Shown here: positions 1-9,377 of the stretch, in pieces | Position numbering within the stretch: position 1 is the stretch's first letter | Layout of the letters: every line of letters starts with the position of its first letter | From: Gammaproteobacteria bacterium | GTDB taxonomy: Bacteria; Pseudomonadota; Gammaproteobacteria; Steroidobacterales; JABDKV01 | Direction of reading: 5' to 3' | Assembly: GCA_024638445.1 (NCBI GenBank) | Contig: JAHEKH010000002.1 | Coordinates: 4,172-68,171, forward strand | Length of the DNA: 64,000 nt | Notes under the pieces: model-generated | The model's input: only the letters and a program-made list of their open reading frames with translations | Database searches by the model: none | Told to the model about the DNA's origin: nothing | Position numbers and translations under genes: made by a program

Positions 1-1620
1 GTTGCGGGTCAGGTCACGGCTGATGGCCCGCCACGAGTCGCCGCGGTCGTCACTGCGCCACAGCCGCTGACTGGCAAAATACAGCCGCGCCGGGTCATGG
101 GCGCTGATCAGGATCGGCGCGTCCCAGTTGTAGCGTTCGGCCGATTCGCCCTTGCCCGGCTGTGGCTTGATGTAAATCGATTCGCCGGTGCGGCGGTCGT
201 GCCGCGTGAGGTTGCCCTGCTGCCACTGGGCATAAACGATGTCGGGATTGGTTGGGTCGGCAAACGGCTGGTGGCCGTCACCGCCAAGAATTATTTTCCA
301 GTCGTGGTTGCGGATTCCCGAGACGTGGTCGGTCTGCGAGGGCCCGCCCTGCGTGCTGTTGTCCTGGGTGCCGCCGTAGATGTTGTAGAAGGGCTTGTCG
401 TAATCGACCGAAACCTTGTAGAACTGGGTAATTGGCAGGTTGGCCACGTAACGCCAGGTCTTGCCCAAATCGAAGCTCTCGTAGACACCGCCGTCGTTGC
501 CGACGATCAGGTAGTCGGGGTCGTCGGCGACGAATGCCATCGCGTGGTGATCGACATGCTTGGCGTCACGCCGGGTCTTGGTAAACGTCTTGCCGCCATC
601 TTCCGAGATATGGAGATAGACGTCCATGTGGTAGATGCGGTCAAACTGGTGCGGGCTGGCAAAAACTTCCTGGTAGTAATGTGGCCCGGTACCGCTGGCG
701 ACGTAGTCGCTGCGCTTTTCCCAGGTGATGCCGCCGTCGGTCGAGCGGTAAAAGCCGCCCTTGCGGCGGGTGGTCTCGATGCCGGCGTAAATGACGTCCG
801 GTTTTTGCGGTGATATCGCCAGGCCGATCTTGCCCATGTCGACCTCGGGCAGACCGGTTTCCAGCCTGGTCCACGTGTCGCCGCCGTCGGTGGACTTGTG
901 TATCCCGGTTTCCGGCCCGCCATCCATCAACGCGGCTACGGTGCGATGGCGTTGCCAGGTCGTGGCGTAGATGACATCCGGGTTGCGTGGGTCGAAATGC
1001 ACTTCACCTGCGCCGGTGTATTCGCCACCCGACAGCACAAGCTCCCAGTTCTCGCCACCGTCGGTGCTGCGGTACAGCCCGCGGTCGCCGCCTGGCGACC
1101 ACAGCGGACCCTGAGCCGCAACGAAGATTCGATCAGAGTCACGCGGGTCGATGCGTATCATGCCGATGTGATCGGAATTCTTCAGACCCATGTTCTTCCA
1201 GGTCTTGCCGCCGTCGAGGCTGCGATAGATACCGTCGCCATAACCGACGTGCCGGCCGCTGACGTTTTCGCCGGAACCGGCCCAGACCGTCATGCGGTTA
1301 TTCGGGTCAATGGCGAGACAGCCGATCGAATAGGAGCCCTGGCTGTCAAAAACCGGGGTCCAGGTCGTGCCGGAGTTCTCGGTTTTCCAGATCCCGCCGC
1401 TGCCCACGCCGACATACCAGGTGGCACGATCGGTGGGGTCGATGGCGATGTCCGCAATGCGGCCGGACATGAATGCCGGACCGATCGATCGCCATGACAG
1501 GCCCTTAAAGGTCTGCTCGTTGAGTCCCGGTTCCGGGTCGTCGTTCTTGTCTGCGGCTGCTGCCGGTGCCGAAATCGAAAGGCAGGCCAGCAATGCTGCC
1601 AGGAGCAATGAGCGCGGCAT
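1..1620 (-). CDS. BNR/Asp-box repeat (sortilin/VPS10-like beta-propeller) secreted protein; first 540 codons only, C-terminus lies beyond the window edge
   Basis: Absent from the ORF track because there is no stop inside the window. A reverse-strand ATG at 1620 opens a stop-free frame down to nt 1 (1620 = 540 codons). Translation begins MPRSLLLAALLACLSISAPAAAA (signal peptide). It carries repeated Asp-boxes: SLDGGKTW, STDGGENW, STDGGDTW, STDGGITW, SEDGGKTF, SFDLGKTW, SDDRGDSW. Confidence 0.85.
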   Translation of the reverse strand, partial: MPRSLLLAALLACLSISAPAAAADKNDDPEPGLNEQTFKGLSWRSIGPAFMSGRIADIAIDPTDRATWYVGVGSGGIWKTENSGTTWTPVFDSQGSYSIGCLAIDPNNRMTVWAGSGENVSGRHVGYGDGIYRSLDGGKTWKNMGLKNSDHIGMIRIDPRDSDRIFVAAQGPLWSPGGDRGLYRSTDGGENWELVLSGGEYTGAGEVHFDPRNPDVIYATTWQRHRTVAALMDGGPETGIHKSTDGGDTWTRLETGLPEVDMGKIGLAISPQKPDVIYAGIETTRRKGGFYRSTDGGITWEKRSDYVASGTGPHYYQEVFASPHQFDRIYHMDVYLHISEDGGKTFTKTRRDAKHVDHHAMAFVADDPDYLIVGNDGGVYESFDLGKTWRYVANLPITQFYKVSVDYDKPFYNIYGGTQDNSTQGGPSQTDHVSGIRNHDWKIILGGDGHQPFADPTNPDIVYAQWQQGNLTRHDRRTGESIYIKPQPGKGESAERYNWDAPILISAHDPARLYFASQRLWRSDDRGDSWRAISRDLTRN

Positions 1621-1880
1621 GAGTAAACCCCCGTGAGTTCTGAGTCGGACCAAGTTACCCGAGCGAATGGCCGATGCAAGCGTGCGCTGCAGCGCCCGAG
1701 CGGAAGCCCGTCCACCCCGGAGCGTGCCGACGGGCCGGCAACGACGGCCCGCACCAGGTAAATAGTTGTTTCAGAACAGCCATCAACAGCCGGACTTTGA
1801 CCAATCGTAACAATGTCTTGCGGCCCAACTTATACACTGACCGGCATGCTGAATTCCTTAACTATGACGGGAGACACCTC

Positions 1881-2294
1881 ATGGATCTGAAAGATATGGC
1901 CACCAGGATGCTCATGGACAAGCTGGGCACCAACGCCGATAGCGGCGCCGCGCAGTCTGCGCTGGACAACCTGATCGGTGGCGAGGGCGGCGGCCTGCAG
2001 CTTTCCGGGCTGGTCGACAAGTTCAAGAACAGCGGTCTGGCCGGTGCGGCCGATTCCTGGCTCGGCGACGGCGAGAACCAGGCGGTCAGCGCCGACCAGG
2101 TTACCGAAGCACTCGGTTCCGAGAAAGTTGCGGACTTTGCTTCGAAGCTGGGTCTGGATCAGTCGGCCGCGGCCGAGAGTCTTTCCGGACTGTTGCCGGA
2201 CCTGGTCGACAAGACCAGCCAGGGCGGCCAGCTGCTGGAGTCGGTCGGTGGCCTGAAAGGCCTGGGTGGCCTGGCATCAAAGTTCTTCAAGTGA
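1881..2294 (+). CDS. YidB/DUF937 family protein
   Basis: Internal ATG at 1881 of ORF 1674..2294, preceded by gggaga (1870-1875). MDLKDMATRM...SWLGDGENQAVSADQVTEALGSEKVADFASKLGLDQSAAAESLSGLLPDLVDK matches the E. coli YidB pattern as I recall it. A strong terminator follows. Confidence 0.8.
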   Translation: MDLKDMATRMLMDKLGTNADSGAAQSALDNLIGGEGGGLQLSGLVDKFKNSGLAGAADSWLGDGENQAVSADQVTEALGSEKVADFASKLGLDQSAAAESLSGLLPDLVDKTSQGGQLLESVGGLKGLGGLASKFFK

Positions 2295-2310
2295 GACCGA
2301 CGAGGAACTG

Positions 2311-2343
2311 AAAAAAAAACGGGGCCCTCGGGCCCCGTTTTTT
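2311..2343. terminator. Bidirectional rho-independent terminator between convergent genes
   Basis: aaaaaaaaa-cggggcc-ctcg-ggccccg-tttttt: a 7-bp GC stem flanked by an A-run and a T-run. It lies between the YidB-like stop (2294) and the beta-helix gene stop (2364). Confidence 0.85.
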
Positions 2344-2363
2344 GTTGGGTGATAAACGGCCGG

Positions 2364-4085
2364 TCAGGGTCCGCCCACGGGTCTCGGCCGCTCGAAGTTG
2401 TCCCGTGGCAGACCCGGGTTACTGACTAACGGCGGCGTATTCAGCGCACTGCACTGGCGATTGCCGCCCAGGCTGAACATCGTCGTGTAGACGTTGTTGA
2501 TAAAGCAATTACCGTAGTCACCCGCCACGAAGAGCGTCAGGTCAGACGCGAATGCCGCGAACGGATTATCTTCTCCCGGGTTGGTGCCGTTGTTTACCAG
2601 CGTGTTGGTCTGAATCATGTTCCGTTCCGGAATAGCATCGAACTCCGGCGGCGGCGGTACGGCGTCACAGTCGAAGGAAGTGCCCAGTACGCCGAGGCAG
2701 TAGTCGGCAATGACGATGCCGGTAAAGCCGTTGTCCTCGATATGGTTGTTTCGGACCACGGAATTGTCGACCGCCAGCATCAGTATGCCGGTGCCCGGAG
2801 GCAGTACTGACAACAGGGTGCCGGGCGTGCCGGAATTGACCTTGTTGTTGTCGTAGATAAGGTTGTCCTCGACCAGCAGCTTGTTCGTCTCGGGCCGCTC
2901 GTCGACGAGATCGGTCAACACGAAAAGCGCAATACCAACCGTGTTCCCCGTCACCTCGTTATCGATGAGCGAGATACGGTCGCTGTTGGATACCTCGAAA
3001 CCGTTGACGTTGTCGGCAACATAGTTCTGCGTCAAGAGGACGTCGGTCGAGGTCTCGACCCAGATGCCGCTGTCATCGGCGCCCACAGCGCTGCTGTGCT
3101 GCACCAGCCCGTTGCTCGAGAGGGTCGGGAAAATCCCGTAGTTTCGGTTGTCGACAGAGTGGACATTGATGATCTTGAAGTCGTCAACCCGCTCGGTGAA
3201 AAGCCCGTTGTTGATAAAGCCGCGGATGGTGATGTTGCGAACTTCAAGCCCGTGGATGGCCGGACTCGTGTCGCCATTGGGTTCCACGCCTTCACGCAAC
3301 GTGAACGGCGGTGCCAGCGTTACATGGCAACCCAGGCAGTTCGTGCGGTTGGAAGGCACGACGACCATGCCATTGCGCTGGTCGCCGCTCTGCTCGAGAA
3401 CAACGCCGTTCTTCTCGTCACCCAGCCCGATCAGCTTCAGGCCCTTGGTGACATTCAGGCCGTTCTGGCTGTTGTCGGGGCCCGTTTCGCGATACACGCC
3501 AGGTTCGATCAGGATCGTTGAGCCGGGCGGCACCTCGTCGATCGCGGCCTGGATCGATTCGCCGGCCGCAACCGAGACAATGACGGCTTCGCCGGGGTCC
3601 GGTGGGTCGACAGGGTCAGTCGGGCAATCGGTGACCGGCAGTGTGCCCGGCGGATCGAGGGTGCCCACGGCGGGTGCCGTTTGCGCCGGCGTAGTCGTAA
3701 CCGGCGTGTACAGCGTGTTGCAGTCTCCCAGGCTCCAGCCCGGCTGCGTGCTGGCGTTGATCTCGGCCAGGTTATCGTTCTCGCCGGTGTCTTCATCGGA
3801 GTTGAACGCCTCGATGCAGACTAGCGATTCGTCGCTGCTGACCGAGCCGCTGCTGTCGGCATCGCAGGCCACTTGTTCCAGCGCCAGGACCATGTCCCAG
3901 CCGTAGGCATTCCACGGGCTGCCGCCGTTTGCGTTAGCGTGGCAAAGCTGACAGCTGGCGTCGTCGGCCGACGTCGAAACGCCGCCATAGCGGCTGATCC
4001 AGTCGGTCAGGAATTGCGGAAAAGCCAGCGCGCTGGTCGACCACAGTGCCAAGAGCACTGCGAAGGGCAATACCGGTCGTCGCAT
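2364..4085 (-). CDS. Secreted right-handed parallel beta-helix repeat protein (NosD/PbH1-like) with two CxxCH motifs
   Basis: Signal peptide MRRPVLPFAVLLALWSTSALA. Repeated beta-helix turns such as NYGIFP, DDSGIWVE, NVNGFEVSNSD, NEVTGNTVGIAL, NNHIEDNGFTGIVI. CQLCH at nt 3939-3953 and CLGCH at nt 3324-3338. Confidence 0.8.
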   Translation of the reverse strand: MRRPVLPFAVLLALWSTSALAFPQFLTDWISRYGGVSTSADDASCQLCHANANGGSPWNAYGWDMVLALEQVACDADSSGSVSSDESLVCIEAFNSDEDTGENDNLAEINASTQPGWSLGDCNTLYTPVTTTPAQTAPAVGTLDPPGTLPVTDCPTDPVDPPDPGEAVIVSVAAGESIQAAIDEVPPGSTILIEPGVYRETGPDNSQNGLNVTKGLKLIGLGDEKNGVVLEQSGDQRNGMVVVPSNRTNCLGCHVTLAPPFTLREGVEPNGDTSPAIHGLEVRNITIRGFINNGLFTERVDDFKIINVHSVDNRNYGIFPTLSSNGLVQHSSAVGADDSGIWVETSTDVLLTQNYVADNVNGFEVSNSDRISLIDNEVTGNTVGIALFVLTDLVDERPETNKLLVEDNLIYDNNKVNSGTPGTLLSVLPPGTGILMLAVDNSVVRNNHIEDNGFTGIVIADYCLGVLGTSFDCDAVPPPPEFDAIPERNMIQTNTLVNNGTNPGEDNPFAAFASDLTLFVAGDYGNCFINNVYTTMFSLGGNRQCSALNTPPLVSNPGLPRDNFERPRPVGGP

Positions 4086-4280
4086 GATGTCCCCCGTTTA
4101 TTGTTCTCATGCAGTCTCCAGAACTATAGCAGCCCGCCGGGCTGCACCTGTAAGGCTATAAATTAAATGGAAAAAATTGCAGTCTGGCTGCCTGGCCCTC
4201 ACGGCGGTGAGCCGGAAGGGTGCCTTTTCCCCGAAGCGCGCACACAATAGCCCGCTTGGTTTCCCCAGCCGGAGTGCCCC

Positions 4281-5387
4281 GTGACCGACGACAACCTCGC
4301 CTCGTTGCGTGACCGCCTGACCGCTGTCGACCGGCAGCTGCTGCGGCTCGCGGCGGAACGCCACGAACTCACCGACCGGATCGGCGCTATCAAGCGTGCC
4401 GCCGGACAACCCACCCGCGATTATCAGCGGGAGCGCGAGGTCATCGAGCTGGCGCGTGCCGAGGCACAAAGCCTCGGATTGTCGACCGACCTGGCAGAAT
4501 CGCTCATGCGCCGTCTCATCCGCGCTTCGCTGGTGCACCAGGAGCAGGCTCGGGTCAGTGCAACCGATCACGGGCAGGGGCGTGCCGCGCTGGTCATCGG
4601 CGGTGCCGGCAAGATGGGTCACTGGTTTGCCCGGTTCCTGGCGTCGCAGGGTTTCGATGTGGAAATCGCTGACCCGGCCGGCAGCGTTTCCGGTTTTCGT
4701 TGTGTCTCCGACTGGCGTCAGACCGGCCTGGGTCACGATCTGGTCGTTCTGGCCACGCCACTGGGCACGACCGAAAAAATCCTGCACGAGATGGCGGACC
4801 TCAAGCCAGAGGGCCTGTTGATCGATATTGCTTCACTGAAGACGCCCGTGCGTGCCGGGCTGCATGCGGCTCTCGCCGCCGGCTGCCGGGTCGCTTCGGT
4901 GCATCCCATGTTCGGGCCGGACACCGAGCTGTTGTCGGGTCGTCACGTCATCTTTATCGATCTGGGCACGCCGGACTCTGTTTCAGAGGTGCGGGCGTTG
5001 TTCGAACCGACGATGGTCGAAACCGCGGTAATGGACCTCGACGAGCACGACAGGCTGATCGCCTTCGTGCTCGGTCTGTCCCACGCGTTGAACATTGCAT
5101 TCTTCAGCGCGCTGGTGGAAAGCGGCGAAGCGGTTCCGCGCCTGGCTGAAATATCCAGTACGACTTTCGACGCCCAGCTCGAAGTGTCAGCCCGGGTCGC
5201 TCGCGAGAGTGCCGAGGTCTACTACGAGATCCAGGCGCTCAACGAACACGGGCGCGGTGCGCTGGATGCGCTCGAGCAGTCGTTACGCCGGCTGCGCGAA
5301 GTCATCGACGGCCGCAACCCGTCGGCATTTGCCCGCATGATGGAGCGCGGCAAAGAATACCTGCAGAGCAAGCGCGCGTCCGGGTGA
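4281..5387 (+). CDS. tyrA: Bifunctional chorismate mutase / prephenate dehydrogenase
   Basis: GTG start. N-terminal chorismate mutase helix region (LRDRLTAVDRQLLRLAAERHELTDRIGAIK), then an NAD-binding segment VIGGAGKMGHWFARFL and a prephenate dehydrogenase body. Confidence 0.9.
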   Translation: MTDDNLASLRDRLTAVDRQLLRLAAERHELTDRIGAIKRAAGQPTRDYQREREVIELARAEAQSLGLSTDLAESLMRRLIRASLVHQEQARVSATDHGQGRAALVIGGAGKMGHWFARFLASQGFDVEIADPAGSVSGFRCVSDWRQTGLGHDLVVLATPLGTTEKILHEMADLKPEGLLIDIASLKTPVRAGLHAALAAGCRVASVHPMFGPDTELLSGRHVIFIDLGTPDSVSEVRALFEPTMVETAVMDLDEHDRLIAFVLGLSHALNIAFFSALVESGEAVPRLAEISSTTFDAQLEVSARVARESAEVYYEIQALNEHGRGALDALEQSLRRLREVIDGRNPSAFARMMERGKEYLQSKRASG

Positions 5388-6139
5388 TTACCGACCCCTG
5401 GTTCTATGCCGTGGCGGTCCCCGCGGTGCTGTTGTTCGGTATTGCCAAGGGCGGATTTGGTGGCGGTCTTGGCGTCGCTGCAGTGCCGCTGATGGCGCTG
5501 GTCATCTCGCCGGTGCAGGCCGCCGGTATCCTGCTGCCGTTGCTGTGCCTGATGGACCTGTTTGCCCTGCGGGCTTTTCGCGGTCACCTCAATCCCGGGC
5601 TGCAGCGCGCGCTGCTTCCCGGTGCGGTCCTCGGTATCGCCATCGGGACGCTGGCGTTCGGCTACATGAGTGCTTCGGCGATTCGCGTGATACTCGGCGT
5701 GATCGCCATTGTTTTCACGCTCAATCACTGGGCCGGACTCAGCGAGCGCATTGCCGGTCATGTGCGCCGGGCCGGTACGCCAGTCGCGGTGACCAGTGGC
5801 GCGGTTGCCGGCTTCACCAGCTTCATTGCCCACTCGGGCGGACCCCCGCTGAACATGTACCTGCTCACGCAGGGCATGAACCGCACGTTGTTCGTCGGCA
5901 CCACCGTCCTGTTTTTTGCGGTAGTCAACTACGTCAAGCTGGTGCCCTATGGCTTTCTCGGCCAACTCGATACCGGAAACCTGATGACCTCGCTGGTGCT
6001 GTCACCGCTGGCTCCGGCCGGTATCGCCATTGGCGTGTGGCTGCACAACCGGGTCTCGGACCGGCTGTTTTTCCAGGTCGCCTATACGTTTCTCTTCATC
6101 GTGGGTCTGCGGCTGCTGTACGACGGGCTGACGGGCTGA
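5384..6139 (+). CDS. TauE/SafE (TSUP, DUF81) family anion exporter membrane protein
   Basis: GTGA overlap with the tyrA stop. Polytopic membrane protein with the GIAKGGFGGGLGVAAVPL motif typical of the family. Confidence 0.85.
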   Translation: MITDPWFYAVAVPAVLLFGIAKGGFGGGLGVAAVPLMALVISPVQAAGILLPLLCLMDLFALRAFRGHLNPGLQRALLPGAVLGIAIGTLAFGYMSASAIRVILGVIAIVFTLNHWAGLSERIAGHVRRAGTPVAVTSGAVAGFTSFIAHSGGPPLNMYLLTQGMNRTLFVGTTVLFFAVVNYVKLVPYGFLGQLDTGNLMTSLVLSPLAPAGIAIGVWLHNRVSDRLFFQVAYTFLFIVGLRLLYDGLTG

Positions 6140-6181
6140 TTAGCCGCTACAATCGAGACTGGCGCGTGCCGGGAGGCACTC

Positions 6182-8893
6182 TTGGATAAAGCCCTGTTCG
6201 TAGTCGTCGGCGGCATCATCGGCATCGTTGCCATGTCTGGCGGTCGGCTCGCTTTCGGCCTGATAGCCGGCGTCGTGCTCGGGTTGCTGCTCGCGGAACT
6301 GCTTAGTCTCGGCCGGCGGGTTCGGCGCCTTGAGCAACCCGAACGGCAATTTGATGCCGACGAACCGCGCCGCGCCGCCATTGCTCGCGAGATTCCCGTC
6401 GTGACGCCGGAGCCCGATGGCCTGGCGGAAACACAGCCGGATTCTCAGACAGCGAAGCCGGCGGCGGTCACCGGGCCAGCGCAAGAGCAACAGCCTGAGG
6501 CTCCTGGCGGTGAATCGACATCCTCCGGTCCGGTTGCCGAAGCCGATACCGGCGCGATACCGCCGTTGCGCAAAGACACACCGGTGCAGCAGTCGCCGCC
6601 ATGGGCCGCGCGTGCCTGGGACTGGCTGACCACCGGTAACGTGCCGGTCAAAGTCGGCGTGATCGTGTCGTTTTTTGGTATCGCGTTCCTGCTCAAGTAC
6701 GCGGTCGATCGCAACCTGCTCATCGTGCCGATCTGGCTGCGGCTGGTCTTCGCCGCCGCTTTCGGTGCCGTGCTGTTGCTGGTGGGATGGCGTCTGCGCC
6801 ATCGAATGCGCACCTACGCGCTCAGCCTGCAGGGCGGCGGGATCGGAATCATTTACCTCACGGTATTTGCGGCCTACCGGCTTTACGGGTTGTTGCCTCC
6901 GGTTGCGGCATTTGCATTGCTCGCGATGCTGACCGTGCCCATGGTCTGGCTGGCGGTAACACAGAATGCCCGTGCGCTGGCCTTCCTCGCCGTTACCGGC
7001 GGTTTCCTGGCGCCGCTGCTGGCGTCGACCGGTAAGGGCAGCCATGTCGCGCTGTTCAGCTATTACCTGCTGCTCAACCTCGGCATTGTCGCCATTGCTC
7101 GCTACCGCGCGTGGCGCGAGCTCAACCTGGCAGGGTTCCTGTTCACCTTCGTAATTGGCACGCTGTGGGGCAGCCGTTATTACCGGCCGGCGTATTTCAC
7201 CAGCACCGAGCCGTTTCTCGTGGCGCATTTCGTGCTTTACCAGGTGGCGGCCATCCTGTTCGCGCTGCGACAGCCACCGAGATTGCGTGGCATCGTCGAC
7301 GGCACGCTCGTATTTGGCGCACCCGTCATTGCATTTGCCCTCCAGGCAGCCATGCTGCGTCATAGCGAATACGGCCTGGCAATCAGCGCCGTTGTGCTGG
7401 CGGTGTTTTATGCAGCAGTAGCCTGGTGGCTCGGTAGCCGTGGTGAGCCGCTGCGTACACTGCGCGATTCCTATTACGCGCTTGCCGTGGCGTTTGCCAC
7501 CGTTGCGATACCGCTGGCTTTCGATGCCCGCTGGACGGCGGCGACCTGGGCAATGGAGGGCGCGGCGCTGGTCTGGCTCGGGGCACGCCAGCGCGGCTGG
7601 CTGTCGTCGGTGGCGGGTGTTGCGCTGATCGGCGCGGCAGGTGTGGCTTTTGTGGGCGACGGCTGGCATAGCGGCGCGGGCCGGCCGGTGCTCAATGGCA
7701 ACGTGCTGGGCGGGCTGTTGTTGAGTCTTGCCGGGTTTTTCGCCGCCCGCCAGCTTGGTCGCGAGCGCGCGGCGGCCTGGCGGGTGATCGGGCTGTTTTT
7801 CCTGGCCTGGGGCGTGGTGTTCTGGCTGGTCACCGGCATGGCGGAAATCGACGAGCGGGTCAGGTTCCGCTGGGAATACCCGTTCATCGTGGCATTCATC
7901 GCGCTGAGCGGTGCCTTGCTCGCTTTCTTCGCGCAACGGCTGCGGTGGCCGGCCGCGGCAACCGCAACGAGGGTGATGCTGCCGATACTCATCGTGACAC
8001 TGTTGGCGCGTGGTTTCGGTGGCGATCATCCGCTGGAGCGACATGCCACGGTTCCGTGGTTACTCGCGGCTGCGGCTCATTTGTATGTGTTGTGGGGCCT
8101 GCCGGCCAACACGCTGGCGACACGTGCCTGGCACGTCATGGGTGTGATGCTCGCGGCCTGGCTGCTGGCCTGGGAGCTGTCGTGGTGGGTGGCAGTCGAG
8201 ACCTGGCGCAACACCGCGGTCAGCCTGTTGCTGACGGGAATCGCGACGGGTTCGTGGCTCGCCGGGCGGGTCGTGCGCTGGCCGTTTCGCGCCGAGTCCC
8301 TGGCTTACCTCGCAGCAGCCGGCTTGCTGCTGCTGGTCGCGTTTGTGCACCAGCTGGCGTTCAATATTGATTCGGCCGGCAACCCGCTGCCGCTTCCCTA
8401 CCTGCCGCTGCTCAATCCTTACGATATTGCCGCCGCCGTTTTCCTTGTGGCCGCGGCAGCCTGGGCATTGAATACCGACCGGTTCGGCGGTGTCGATAGC
8501 CGCCGCTACCTGCTTATCGCGGTGGGTGCAGCAGCCTTTTTGCTGACGACTTTCATGATCGTGCGCGCGGTGCATCACTACGCCGGGGTGCCCTGGCGAG
8601 AGCAGACGCTGATCGATTCCGTCGAAGTGCAGGCGGCGCTGTCGATTTACTGGGGCGCGCTGGGTTTCGCGGGCATGGTCCTCGGCGCGAACCGCCGGAT
8701 GCGCTGGCTGTGGCTCACCGGTGCCGGGTTGATGGCGCTGGTCGTGCTGAAGCTGTTCGTCGTGGACCTCGGCAACAGCGGTACCGTCGCGAGAATCGTT
8801 TCGTTCATCGGGGTCGGCGGGCTGCTGCTCGTCGTCGGTTATTTTGCCCCGGCGCCGCCACGCGCGGCGGGCGAGCGGCCCGCGGTATCATGA
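6182..8893 (+). CDS. Large polytopic membrane protein, DUF2339-like
   Basis: 903 aa. N-terminal TM segment, then a charged Pro/Gln-rich linker, then more than 20 hydrophobic segments. This matches my recollection of DUF2339 architecture; not verified by search. TTG start. Confidence 0.7.
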   Translation: MDKALFVVVGGIIGIVAMSGGRLAFGLIAGVVLGLLLAELLSLGRRVRRLEQPERQFDADEPRRAAIAREIPVVTPEPDGLAETQPDSQTAKPAAVTGPAQEQQPEAPGGESTSSGPVAEADTGAIPPLRKDTPVQQSPPWAARAWDWLTTGNVPVKVGVIVSFFGIAFLLKYAVDRNLLIVPIWLRLVFAAAFGAVLLLVGWRLRHRMRTYALSLQGGGIGIIYLTVFAAYRLYGLLPPVAAFALLAMLTVPMVWLAVTQNARALAFLAVTGGFLAPLLASTGKGSHVALFSYYLLLNLGIVAIARYRAWRELNLAGFLFTFVIGTLWGSRYYRPAYFTSTEPFLVAHFVLYQVAAILFALRQPPRLRGIVDGTLVFGAPVIAFALQAAMLRHSEYGLAISAVVLAVFYAAVAWWLGSRGEPLRTLRDSYYALAVAFATVAIPLAFDARWTAATWAMEGAALVWLGARQRGWLSSVAGVALIGAAGVAFVGDGWHSGAGRPVLNGNVLGGLLLSLAGFFAARQLGRERAAAWRVIGLFFLAWGVVFWLVTGMAEIDERVRFRWEYPFIVAFIALSGALLAFFAQRLRWPAAATATRVMLPILIVTLLARGFGGDHPLERHATVPWLLAAAAHLYVLWGLPANTLATRAWHVMGVMLAAWLLAWELSWWVAVETWRNTAVSLLLTGIATGSWLAGRVVRWPFRAESLAYLAAAGLLLLVAFVHQLAFNIDSAGNPLPLPYLPLLNPYDIAAAVFLVAAAAWALNTDRFGGVDSRRYLLIAVGAAAFLLTTFMIVRAVHHYAGVPWREQTLIDSVEVQAALSIYWGALGFAGMVLGANRRMRWLWLTGAGLMALVVLKLFVVDLGNSGTVARIVSFIGVGGLLLVVGYFAPAPPRAAGERPAVS

Positions 8894-8915
8894 CGGACCG
8901 CTGAGGAGACCCGCG

Positions 8916-9314
8916 ATGCCCGACGACCAGCAGTTGCTCGACCAGGCCCGCCGTGTGCGCGAGGCGGCGCATGCCCCGTATTCCAAATTCAGGGTCGGGG
9001 CCGCGGTGCTGGACGAGCAAGGCAGGGTGCATCTCGGCTGCAACGTCGAGAATGCGGCCTACCCGCTGGGCAGCTGTGCCGAACCAAACGCGATTGCCGC
9101 AATGGTGGCCGCCGGCGGTAAACGCATTGCACGCATTGCGATCGTCGGCGGTGCGGGCGAACCGGTCGCGTGTCTGCCCTGTGGTGGCTGCCGGCAACGC
9201 ATCAGCGAATTCGCCGACGACAGAACGCGCATCATCGTGCTGGATGACGACGGCAATCCTGTCGAACACACCGTTGCTGCAGTGTTACCCGGCGCGTTCC
9301 GGCTCGATCCCTAG
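8916..9314 (+). CDS. cdd: Cytidine deaminase
   Basis: ATG at 8916 with gaggag at 8904-8909. Zinc ligand motifs SCAEPNAI and LPCGGCRQRI. Confidence 0.9.
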   Translation: MPDDQQLLDQARRVREAAHAPYSKFRVGAAVLDEQGRVHLGCNVENAAYPLGSCAEPNAIAAMVAAGGKRIARIAIVGGAGEPVACLPCGGCRQRISEFADDRTRIIVLDDDGNPVEHTVAAVLPGAFRLDP

Positions 9315-9377
9315 CGTCTTGCTGAGCCGCCATCGGCCAGTGTGGCAACGGGCGCCGGTCCAGGGCGGACTACTGGT

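Noticed and set aside
97-1754. Plus- and minus-strand ORFs listed at 97..813, 507..923, 898..1497 and 1290..1754
   Set aside because: All overlap the unlisted BNR/Asp-box gene on the minus strand in other frames or on the opposite strand. Their translations are Val/Gly/Ala/Arg-rich, as expected from off-frame reading.
6140-8044. 634-aa minus-strand ORF (with 6445..6813, 7474..7992 and 8060..8578) antisense to the DUF2339-like gene
   Set aside because: The composition is dominated by Arg/Gln/His/Pro/Gly with no hydrophobic core or motifs. It is fully antisense to a gene with coherent TM architecture. This is the typical long shadow ORF of GC-rich DNA.
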